A DNA stretch of 64,000 nt from Eledone cirrhosa (taxonomy: Eukaryota). The position numbers and the translations under genes were made by a program. Within the stretch, counting starts at the first letter, position 1, and the number at the start of each line of letters is the position of its first letter. A model generated the notes under the pieces. That model saw only the letters and a program-made list of their open reading frames with translations, was not told the origin of the DNA and searched no databases. Location: positions 10,664,001 to 10,728,000 of the forward strand of contig OZ024743.1 of assembly GCA_964016885.1 (NCBI GenBank). Reading direction: 5' to 3'. This document shows, piece after piece, positions 13,533 through 24,213 of this stretch.

Positions 13533-13800
13533 TGTGTGGCCTTGTGGTTAGCATGAAACCTACAACCATATGATTCATGATCATATGGTTGTAGGTTTCA
13601 TTTCCAGCCTGGGTGACATATACTGTCCTTGAGCAAGGCACTTCTTTTCACATTGATCCAGTTCACCCAGATTAAAATTAGTATCAATGGCAGCTGGGAA
13701 TTAGACCCACAACATACTATTGTCCTGTACTCTCAGTCACATAATACCCATGAAACTAACATAAGCTCTGAGCCTCATCCAGCTTGCGCATGTAAAACCT
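13533..13800 (+). mobile_element. tRNA-derived SINE (family B-like) with an internal perfect palindrome
   Basis: A box TGGCCTTGTGG, B-box-like GGTTTCATTTCC and central TCCTTGAGCAAGGCACTT. A 22-bp perfect inverted repeat lies at 13553-13601. Confidence 0.65.
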
Positions 13801-14180
13801 TAATGACACCAACACTTTATATTTGAATTTGAATTTCAAATTTTAATTTAACTATTTTTAAGTTTGGTACCAGTTCAAATCTTTGATTACGAAAATATCA
13901 CTTTTACTAATCAAAAAGATAACTAAAAAAATTGAAGTTTTTACTGTAGAAATACATAAATATATCAGTTCATTATTATCAATTGTTTTTTTTTGTTATT
14001 TAACAACAGGTTAACCTTTGTTGAGCACAACTACCTATGATCAAAGTTTTTCCAGCTGATGCCATCCCATTTTTTACAAGCATCATCATCATTATCATCA
14101 TTTAACATCCATTGAACTAATGATGATGATGGATATGTAATATTATATTATACAGGTCTGGTGGCAGTGGAAACTTTTTT

Positions 14181-14354
14181 GGGCAGTATCGGTAGAGGGT
14201 CGGACGCCGTGCTTTCCAGCATAGCTACGTCTCTTTACGATCTGAGTTCAAATCCCGTCAAGGTTGACTTTGCCTTTCATCCTTACGGGGTCGATAAAAT
14301 AAAGTACCAGTAATGCACTGGGTAATTGCTGGCCTTGTGCCTAAAGTAGAAACA
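14181..14354 (+). mobile_element. SINE family A with a 39-bp flanking direct repeat
   Basis: Same body as 81-293. The direct repeat is at 14142-14180 and 14355-14393 (1 mismatch). Confidence 0.85.
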
Positions 14355-14529
14355 ATTATATTATACGGGTCTGGTGGCAGTGGAAACTTTTTTTTTTTCA
14401 GGATATCTCATCTGTTACATGCTTTCCTCTGTGGTTCCACACAGGCCAGCTGATCCAGGTTGAGGGCAGCTGAGACGTCTTAAATTCCCATGTGAAAACT
14501 TGATTTTATGGTGAACTGTGTAGTTCACA

Positions 14530-15325
14530 CCCGAATTGATGGTCATGTCTGTGAGAAGAAGCTCGTAATAGACAACACTCATCCAATTCCACCAAATTGA
14601 AAGCATAACCTTTTACGTGTGAAATCCTGCTATAGAGGGTGTTTGTTGTTATTCACTGCACTTTTCCCCTGATTGTTTGCACTTCATATTGTTGCAGGTG
14701 ATCCATTGTTCACCCCTGTCACAATTCTCTCATTTCCTTCTCGTTTCTGAAAAGATTCACAGATGGGCGAGGTCAGCCTCATTCAATTGATGTGAAACCC
14801 AAACATCGAGCCTGCTGATGTAACCAAGTTGATGCAGATAGCTTTCAACATTTGATTTGGGTATTTGATTTGGGTATCATCCTCATGGTATGACAGGGGT
14901 TAGTGTTGACAAACTCATTTATTTTGCAGCTGTTAATCTCAGTTGGCCAGCCAGAGTGAGGTGCATCTTGAACCAAAAATTTCCTGGTAGAAATCTTGAA
15001 AACCACTTCTGGCACACACATTCTGTAAAAGCATCCTTCCCATATACAGATCATATCTTCCTGCATGTTTCTGATACTTTCCTGGTTTGTTTCATTTTAA
15101 TAAATAAGCATGAGGTGTCAATAATGTTTTGGTTCTCCATTTTCAAGATGATACCAAGCAGATAAAAGACAATCTATCTCGACAGAAGTCCGTGTTGAAC
15201 TACGATTAAGTATCAAGTATCTAGCATATGTACAAGCTGAAGGGACAGACTGGAGTTAACAACTTTTAGAGTGCTTGAAGTTTAATGTTGACAAAAACCG
15301 AATGGACTTTTTGGCCAACCCAATA
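14530..15325 (-). mobile_element. Decayed Tc1/mariner (Mos1/Hsmar-like) DNA transposon
   Basis: Minus-strand peptides DAPHSGWPTEINSCKINEFVNTNP (cf. DxPRSGRP), VWVSHQL-like, and VMLSIWWNW..VVYYELL...TINS. A mariner-type terminus TA-TTGGGTTGGCCAAAAAGTCCATT lies at 15301-15325. Confidence 0.8.
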
Positions 15326-15639
15326 ATAAAATAACTATCCATATTATTAAGCTGATATTTAACAAATATATTCTTCTATAACATTATATTTTATTTAAAG
15401 ATAAATATTTAAAAACAAGTTCATCGTGATAGAATTGGGGTGGTTTGGGGCGTGTTGGTATCAAAGGGTTAATCTGATAATTGGTAAATTTTTAATGGAG
15501 TCCACTCTGTAGCAAGTATTTTGGCCAAGTTTTCTGTTTAAAAATAGTTACTTACCATTAGTTTCAAAGGTCCTGCCATGATTCCTTTTCTAAATAAGCT
15601 AATAAACAATATTATATTTTTTAAATTTCACTTCCTGCT

Positions 15640-16060
15640 AATGTATCTTAGATTGAATTTAAAAGTGTTTTTCAGACATCGCTAGATCTGTTTTGGCCAT
15701 TAAACTTCAACCCTTTTCTCATCACTTTGACATTGCTACTCTATTCTAGAAATACTTCGTTGTTCTGCCAAACTTTCTTCACTCAAACCTACACTTAAGG
15801 CTGCTAATCAAATATCTTGTCTTTCTACTAATTCTCATTGTTTCACTGTGGTTGTTCTCTCTTATTAAAAGTGTTTCTAATCTTTTTTTTTTTCCCCTCA
15901 AAAATCCCTTATAGAATTCTCTTCCTCCTTGTTTCCCTGAGAGGTATGATGTTAATATTTTTAAATCTTCTGTTGATAGCATTTGATTTCAAAGACATCT
16001 TATTTCCTTTCTTTTATAACACTTCCCCCACCAACAAAAAATTACTGGCTTGCTAAGGGT
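15640..16060 (-). mobile_element. Decayed LINE fragment, possibly L1/Tx1 ORF2 linker
   Basis: Minus-strand SLKCRFE*RKFG-RTTKYF*NR resembles the W..xGE..TKYF motif. A second copy of part of this sequence is at 20239-20400. Confidence 0.4.
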
Positions 16061-16568
16061 TGCTTGGGGCTTGCTTGTTACTTGCCACCTTGTTATGTGT
16101 GATTTCAAATAAAAATAAAAATAAATTATTTACAATTGATTTAGCATCATGCTAACAAATCTCCATGGTGATATCATTTAGATGTCTACATCACTTTACA
16201 CTTTAACTTATCTCTATAATTATCTCTTTAATCTTATAATCTATATTTCAATGTCAAATTCTGTAGAGTGTTGCTAATTTTATAACTGATTTAGCAGCAT
16301 ACCAACTAATCTCCAATAATGAAATAATGAAGACAGATGTACCACACAGGTTATACAGTTTAACAGATCTGTATAATCGTCTTTCTGTTTATGTTTGGAA
16401 GGTATCAATAACATTTTCCACCAACCCTTTATATTCTGAGTTCAAGTTTCACCAGAATTCCTTTTGAATTTTGTTCCCTCTGGATTTTATGAAATAAATA
16501 AAAGTAATATAATATTAATTAGTTAACAGATTATATTCATCCCTACCAAATTTTAAGACATTCTGCTC

Positions 16569-16745
16569 TGGTAGAGCATCGGACACCATGCTTCGTGGCA
16601 TAGAGTTACGGCCCTTTACCTTCTGAGTTCAAATCCCACCAAGGTTAGTTTTGCATTTTATCCTTACTAGGTTGATAAAATAAAACACCATCGATTTTCC
16701 CCTCACCTTCAAAATGCTGGCCTTGTGTCTAAAGTAGAAACAATT
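16569..16745 (+). mobile_element. SINE family A copy
   Basis: GGTAGAGCATCGGAC...TTCTGAGTTCAAATCCC...GCTGGCCTTGTGTCTAAAGTAGAAACAATT. Confidence 0.8.
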
Positions 16746-17080
16746 GTTTCTTCAATCTTATCATTTAGATTTCCCTATTCATAATTCTAGCTAATGTATG
16801 ATTCTAATATCATTGTAGATTTAGCCACATTTTAAGCAAGAAATGTCTAAAACCCTATTCTAAAGACAAGATATTGAAGTAATAGTCATGTAATACAAGT
16901 TTCCCCTGTTATGATGGCAATAATCCAATCTAATCTGATCCAGAGCCTTCTCACTTCTGTTGGAGGGACCCCGCCCTCATTGACCTCCTGCACTTTCTGT
17001 TTGGTTTGATCATGTCAGAGGTATAGCCCTACTCACAACATTTGGCCAAATGCATCCACCATGTGATTTAAATTTAAGGT

Positions 17081-17298
17081 TTAACCATTTAGAATTTACA
17101 TTACTCTATATATACTATTGTATTTTTGTGGTAAATGCTTTATAATTATCTCACATATCGAATCTATGAGATTTTGATGTTATTTATTTTGAGAACAATA
17201 CCTTAACATCAGTATGAGCAGCCAGTTATGGATGGTTTGAACAGAAAAAGGTGAGAGAATTCCGGCCCGATATGGCCAGTTTAAATGCTAAGGGTTAA
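17081..17298. mobile_element. piggyBac-type MITE, copy 2 (inverted relative to copy 1)
   Basis: TTAACCATTTAGAATTTA...TAAATGCTAAGGGTTAA. The internal sequence is the reverse complement of 11532-11759. Confidence 0.7.
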
Positions 17299-18226
17299 AA
17301 TATACTCAGTCTTCATAGCTGTTATATATGGCAATGATATTCTTTTCAAGAACAAACTAAAGTATTGAAATTTTTCAAGAAATTTGATAGTTAATAAGAA
17401 ATACAAAATTAATGACGATGTATCTCTAGCGTCTCTTTAAAATGTTTGTAAAATATCTAAAATAAAGTGGAGCATTTCTGTGGTAACTTCTAAATATAGG
17501 TATGAAACTTCCATTTTAAAAGTTTAGAGGTCAGAAGAATCCTAGACATTTGACTAAACAGAACAGGAAGAAAAGATTAGGTATAAAGAAGAATGAGATA
17601 CAACAAAGTGCTTCTATAAAAATAGATGAGGCACTTAGTAATGCATCAAAAAGAAGATAAATAAATTATTTTTGTGAGTCAAAAGTCAATGCTATTTAGA
17701 AGCCAAAATATTTTCCACCTAAATCTCAATCCATTAAGGCTGACACAAACAAAAGAATATTTGTGATTCAAATTAAATTTAAACTATTTCCTCATAGATT
17801 TGAAAAAGGAACGAATCAATTCAAATATTCTTACTATATTTGTCTGTTTAAATGTTTCCATGTATGTATGCAGCCACTTGCATATGTACTTCAGTAAGTA
17901 TGTGAGTGTGAAGATTTGTGCACATGAATGTATGTGTATACATGTTTAAAAAAAAAATATATATATATACATACAGATATTTATATGAGCAAGTTGTGGT
18001 CTCTTCCCATCAGGTCCGTGAAAGTTTGGCAATCACCATTGACGAATGCGAGAAAGTTCTCCAGGAAAGTTAACCATGAATCTTTAAAAAATCTCCCCAC
18101 CGAAGTTAACAAACAACTTACTAGATCTACAAAACCTCTCCTTCTCTTACACTCTTGTGTCGAATGGGCAGATATTATTATTATTATCATCATCATCACT
18201 ATGTGTGTATATATATATATATATAT

Positions 18227-18546
18227 CATCATCATTTCATTTTACGTCCACTTTTTCCTTGCAAGGGTGGGACAGGAACTGATTCTGGCTTGATTTCTAC
18301 AGCTGGATGCCCTTCCTAACACCAACCTCATTTACAGTGAGTCTGGGTGCTTTTTTGCCATGGCACCTCCACGACCACTTTGCAGTGGAATGATAGGGAC
18401 CCCATCTCATTTCTACAGCTGAGTAAACTGGAGCAATGTGAAATAAAGTGTCTTGCTCAAGGAAACAACACATCACCCGGTCTGAGAATTGAACTCACAA
18501 CCTTTCGATTGCAAGGCCAATGCTCTAACCACTAAGCCATGTGCCT
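18227..18546 (-). mobile_element. SINE family B copy
   Basis: Near-identical to 11923-12258, with A and B boxes and a (GAT)n tail on the minus strand. Confidence 0.85.
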
Positions 18547-18819
18547 CTATATATATATATATTTTAATAAATATATATATATATACATATATATATATGT
18601 GTGTGTGTGTAGCTTGAATTCTTTCTGGCTTTGTTACTCTAAATATAGTGTTTAAAGAATTCTGTTTTCTTTAAACCCATCAACCAATGACCTCCACCCA
18701 TCCCAATCACCACCCTCTCCTACCACCAGAAAAGGTATAAATACCACCATATTACTTGGACAGTCTGCTTCCTGATAATTTCTCCTGAATGAAACAGTTC
18801 TAGTCCTGAAGAAGCCATT

Positions 18820-18826
<7 letters not shown>

Positions 18827-18862
<36 letters not shown>
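18827..18862. repeat. (TA)n microsatellite
   Basis: Directly visible. Confidence 0.95.
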
Positions 18863-18865
<3 letters not shown>

Positions 18866-19429
18866 TCTAAACTATTGATATATTCCATAGATTTTGTCAG
18901 TATTTCTATGCAGTATATCAGATGCTTCAACTGTCAATATTGTTCTTCTTTGTAATAACTTTAATTCTGTTTATATATTTATTTATCATGGACTTTGTTG
19001 ACATTTTAATATTTTCTCCCATACAAGCTGGATTTTTGCTATTATGCACTTCCATATACTATGCATGGTACTTCGCTCCTCGACATTGCGTCGTCTTTTT
19101 CTCCCTTTTTTCCTATACCTTTCAAAATTTAAACATTTTTAGGTAGAGATCAAATGTGGAAAAAACAACCCACCCTTTCAAGTTAACAATAAAACAAATA
19201 AGTGAAATGTCAAAAGCAATTTACATTCATGTTAAAATTTAGCAAACTAAAGTGAATTGTTATCTGAAGAAGTTAAGAAATTATAATAAAAAATATATAA
19301 ATCGACAACTATAGTTGAAATAGCTCCTTTATGTTGAAAAAGTTTAGACCATACCTTTTCAATTAGTATTGCAAGAAAATAAACATTTTAAATGAAGCAG
19401 AAAGGTATATATCGCTGTGACTATATATA

Positions 19430-19690
19430 TATAGTAATAATAAAATTGAAGACTAAAATCCAAAGAGGGCTCGATAAGGATAAATATATATCAAATATAT
19501 AAGAACCATAGAGCAAATATTTATTAAAATAACAGATTAAAGTTTAAGCAAAGAATCGCTGCTTTCACCCTTAACGGGATCTTCTGAAACTAAAAAAATC
19601 AATCAGTGAATGCAGAAGTAAATATTTCGAAAAACGTTGCAACCGAAGGAAGACAGGAAGACGATACTTTTGAAACAAATATTGTTATAT
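19430..19690 (-). mobile_element. Possible Penelope-like element pseudo-LTR remnant with a hammerhead-like fold
   Basis: Minus strand AGTTT-CAGAAGA-TCCCGTTAAGGGT-GAAA-GCA...TGC-TT-AAACT, followed by AATAAA and ending in a (TA)n tract. Confidence 0.35.
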
Positions 19691-20440
19691 TTGGGGAGGG
19701 TCATGTTGTTATAATATTGCCAGAAATATATAATAAAACACACTCACTGTTTGGTATGGGTTGTAATATATATATATATACGAACATTCTAATTGTTATA
19801 TACACCTGTATTTACATTTGAATTAATATCGTTGTTATTGTATATATTTGTGTGTATAAATATAAACCCACAAACACTGATAAATACACACATATACATT
19901 CTCACAAACATACACATGCATTCACACAAACATACACACACATTCACGCAGAAACAATGGGTCTAATTTTTAAGTTGGGCCCTACTTTATGCATTTTAAT
20001 AAAATGGTAGAAGGTAGAAAGCTTACTGTTTCTGGTGACGAAGATGCATTTTCTTCTACTAGAAAATAAATAATCTTTAAGTTTAACATTTCTTTAGTTT
20101 ATTATTGTCTTTATTTAGAATGGATTCTTCACCTTTATATGTTTCTCATTCGCCTTTGTATGGAATACTGTTCTAAATGTTGGACCAGTGTCAATACTGG
20201 TGCCTTTTCATTCCTTGAATAAAATAATAAGTATGTTTCATCGCTAGATCTGTTTTGGCCACTAAACTTCAACCTTTTTCTCATCACTTGGACATTGCTA
20301 CTCTATTCTATAAATACTTCATTGTTCTGCCAAACTTCCTTCACTCATTCCTACACTTAAGGCTGAGGTTGTTCTCTTGTTAGAAGTGTTTCTAATCTAG
20401 TCGTTTTCAGTCTCTTCTTATCTATTATAGTTTTCCAATG

Positions 20441-20592
20441 CATAACAAAGGAGTTTATGACTGTGCATGGAACTTCTGTATGCTAACTTGGTTCTTATAG
20501 CCAAATATTTGGAAGAGCTCGAGAAGAAACTCCTGTTGTGGAAAGAGAACTAAGAATTGAAAGGGTCAGGGTAAACCTAGCAAAAACCAAAA
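20441..20592 (+). mobile_element. RTE LINE RT fragment (YADD region)
   Basis: With frameshifts it translates as WELLYA(D)LVLIAKYLEELEKKLLLWKEN...RVNLAKTK. Confidence 0.7.
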
Positions 20593-20779
20593 TGTCAGTA
20601 AATAATAACAATATTAATCCTTGGTCTTGTTCAATTTTGAATTATAAATGCTCTGCTACTGTAACTGCCCTTTATTCATCCAGTTTATGTTCGCTCCTGA
20701 AGAACGAATGGTAGAAAAAGTGCATTGAGCTTAACTCATCTTACCAATGAAAATAGCAAACTATTACACTATATATATA

Positions 20780-20965
20780 TCATCATCATCATCATCATCA
20801 TCGTTTAATGTCTATCTTCCACGCTAGCATGGGTTTAGACGGAAATTGTGTCACTTGAGGCAAGATTGGTCGTCTCGCTCATATGGGTCTGTCTGGCAGG
20901 TTTTCTATGGCTGGATGCCTTTCCTAACACCAACCACGTTTACAGTGTGGACTGGGAGGTTTTTA
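20780..20965 (-). mobile_element. SINE/RTE-tail repeat ending in (GAT)n
   Basis: (CAT)n-CGTTTAATGTC...GCTAGCATGGG...GGCTGGATGCCTTTCCTAACACCAACC. A second copy is at 21200-21372. Confidence 0.7.
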
Positions 20966-21132
20966 CCTTGTTACTTACATAGCCACATTACAGCGTGGGC
21001 TGTGTGTTTTTTTGTCATGAGACCTACACAACCTCATTTATTTAGGATTGGTTGTTGTGGTACCAACATAACTTTACAGAGAGGGGGTGATGGGGGGGGG
21101 CGTATATTTGATTAAGAGGTGCCCACTGACTA

Positions 21133-21136
<4 letters not shown>

Positions 21137-21198
<62 letters not shown>

Positions 21199-21200
21199 TA
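21137..21200. repeat. (TA)n(GA)n compound microsatellite
   Basis: Directly visible. Confidence 0.95.
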
Positions 21201-21372
21201 TCATCATCATCATCATCGTCGTTTAACGTCTATCTTCCATGTTAGCAGGGGTTTGACAGGAATTGTCCCACTTGAGGCAAGATTGATCAGGTGACCATGT
21301 CTCGTTCATATAGGACTGTATCTGGCAGGGTTTCTATGGCTGGATGCCCTTCCTAACACCAACTACATTTAC
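21200..21372 (-). mobile_element. SINE/RTE-tail repeat, second local copy
   Basis: Homologous to 20780-20965, including CACTTGAGGCAAGATTG. Confidence 0.7.
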
Positions 21373-21986
21373 CATATATATATATATATATAGTGGTAGG
21401 ACACTGGTGGGTTATATCCACAGTAGTAGAGCACTCAGTCCATGGGACGAGTTTGGTAGAAGTAGTTCCAAACAGTTAATACACCATTTCCGAGAACAAT
21501 TTGTTTCACTTCAAATGGATCATCAGCTTGATTTAAATGAGATATCACAGAAAAGGAAAATATATATATAAACATACATACACAATACCCCTGATATACT
21601 ATAAAGTGGTTGGTGATAGGAAGAGCATCCAGCCACAGAAAACTTGCCAAACAAAAGGTTGAGAGGATTCTTTAGTTAAGTCAAAGATATGACAACATCT
21701 GTATGCTGGTGCCATGATAAAATGCACCCAGTTCACTCTGTTGAGTGAAGGGGCTTATGTAAATGAAATGTGGCTGCCATCCTATCCGAAATTTTGTAGA
21801 TCTAATTAAGTATTTATTTTGTCTGTGATGACCTATCCAACCCTTGCAATGAAACTGAATATTAAATGAGGCTGATGTTCAAAATGCTCTGCAGTATATG
21901 TTCCTCTCTCTTGGCATTCCCTTTTCAAATTCTGCTGTGGGAAAGGCAAATTATGAGATACTTGTGTAAAAGGTGTGACACTATAG

Positions 21987-22345
21987 AATAGTGAGATGTA
22001 GGCCTTCAACGTAGAAGCACGAAGATGGTTGGAAGGAAATGAAGCAAGTATGTTATGCTGGATGTGCAATGCTATAGGTGCTTGAATGGCAGAGCGTAAA
22101 TGAGTTGAGAGAAAAATATGTATAAAAGTATTCAGATGTAGTGGCCATGAGACACAACTGTATTGGTGGTCATATGAGGCATATGGACGAGGATGCCAGT
22201 TATTAAAAGAATGTAAATTGCTTGAATTAGAAGGAACCTGTAAAAGAGGAAGACAGAGGAAGACATAGTGATACAGTGAAGGTTGAACTCATGAAGCTGA
22301 ACCCCATAAATGAGATAACAAAGCACCATGATGACTGGTGAAACT
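21987..22345 (+). mobile_element. RTE LINE 3' coding fragment
   Basis: SEM*AFNVEARRWLEGNEASMLCWMCN, GHMRHMDED and LEGTCKRGRQRKT* match RTE C-terminal motifs (SETW...MLRW, GHV.RM, RGRPRKTW). Confidence 0.75.
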
Positions 22346-22593
22346 GTTGCTAAAATAAGGGAGATGGTGGTGATATAGGCTGGGACCTATAATTATATTA
22401 TAGGGCAAATTGTTCACTGTATGTTTGTTAAGTCTACATATGCTACCCTATTTACTACCCCCACCTCTAATTTATTACCTTCTATACTACTCAATATACT
22501 GCACTGATTGATTAACAAAAGAGGGAATCTAATCTGTCCATATTAAATCCCTTCCTCTTAATCATTACCTTATCACTTTCATTATTATTAACA

Positions 22594-22772
22594 AGGGCAG
22601 TGGATTAGCAGTATCGGTAAAGAGTCAGACGCCATGCTTTGTAGCAAAGAGTTACGGCCCTTTGTGATCTGAGTTCAAATCCCACCGAGGTTAACTTTGC
22701 CTCAGGGTCGATAAAATAAAGTACCAGTAATACACTGGGATAATTGCTGGCCTTGTGCCAAAAGTAGAAACA
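22594..22772 (+). mobile_element. SINE family A with a 13-bp TSD
   Basis: ATTATTATTAACA at 22581-22593 and 22773-22785 flanks the element. Confidence 0.85.
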
Positions 22773-23588
22773 ATTATTATTAACATTCTACTTATATCTA
22801 TCACTCCCTCTCTTTCTCATCATCTGATTTTTCTGTATTCAATCCTTCACCCATCCTCCTTTATCTTATCCTTCCCACTATAATTAAGATCAATCTGTCT
22901 GTATATCTCCCCACTGCTTTCTCCCTATCACTTCTATAGTTCAACATTATACCAATCTATATTCTCAATTTCTCACTTTTCTCCATGAGACCCTAAGTTA
23001 ATATTAGCCACTCAACCATCACTCAACCATATTCAATTATATCAGTCTTTACCACTTACTAATGAAGCTTCCATGGCAGTATGAATGCATGTAGCCTAAG
23101 ATAGACCAAGTTATTCTGAGTACATGACTAGAAATCTCTGAATGTATGGTTGGACAGGACATCTTTAGCAATAGTGCCATGATAAAATGCACTTTGGATA
23201 ATGGTTTGTGAAAGGAAGAGCATACAGCCAATAGAACCCATACCCAAAATGGAATCTATGCTTCTGATGTGCATTGATTTCAACGTTACAATGTATTTGA
23301 CCAGCTGATTAAGAAGTTAGCTAACAATAACTAAGTGAACATCAAAGAGTGCTTGTAATTTTTATTGGCAAAATGACCTTGCCAAAATCAAACATAGTGA
23401 TCACAACACATGATTTTACACAAAAAGACACATGCAACATTGTGTGTGTGTGTGTTTGTGTATGGATGTATGTGTGTATGTATATACATATGTATGCATT
23501 GTCAGGTCACCAGTTGGTGCTACTGGTAACATGTATCCCAGTACAACCTGTCTCATGGTCGGGTCGTTGGCGACTAAACTGGCAACCC

Positions 23589-23991
23589 TATAACAGGTTT
23601 TAGGGTCAATTCTTAATATACATAATAGAGATCAGAAGGCATTTAGAACATTGACTAAATCCATTATCGATGTTGTAACTCTATTTATTAGTCGTACATG
23701 TTGAACGGATACATTAGGTACAGGTCGTATCTACATGTGTAGGATGTAGCTTGGTCCGCTTCATTGCAAGATGGAGATGTTGTTAGCAGCGATGAGTGTA
23801 GCCTGGTCTTGTCGATAAGAGAGGTGCGTGTAGACTAATGACTCTCTTGGTCACCTCCGCTCACACTGGTGACGTAGTTCTGGACAGTCGAATTAGTGCG
23901 CCGAAGGTTTTGATTGGCTCACACTTCAGCCAACTTACCTCTGTAACACCATTCCTCCGCAGAAGGAAAATACATTTTATTCACTGCTACA
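23589..23991 (-). repeat. 3' LTR (403 bp, TG...TA termini)
   Basis: Identical to 30039-30441 except 23942 T vs 30392 C. Minus-strand AATAAA at 23684-23689 and CCAAT at 23913-23917. Confidence 0.97.
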
Positions 23992-24003
23992 TCACCCCCT
24001 GCT
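23992..24003 (-). other. Polypurine tract
   Basis: Minus-strand AGCAGGGGGTGA immediately before the TGTAGC start of the 3' LTR. Confidence 0.8.
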
Positions 24004-24213
24004 TAGGCTTACAGCCGACAGAGAAATAAGGGTAGCAGTTGAATGAAAGAAAAAGTACTATATAATAGTAAACACAATAAAATATATCACTGATAAAGAA
24101 ATGTTCATATTACAGGAAAGTCAGAAATAGTGTAATGTTCACCTTAGTTCATACATTTAATACAAATACAAGGGCGGAGCAAACTCCAAGAAGATTGCTG
24201 TAAATAACATAGT

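Noticed and set aside
17990-18135. Possible retroelement coding fragment next to the Dong junction
   Set aside because: Too short and interrupted to assign to any family by eye.
24004-24213. env or third ORF
   Set aside because: Only ~210 bp of AT-rich non-coding sequence lies between the pol stop and the PPT.
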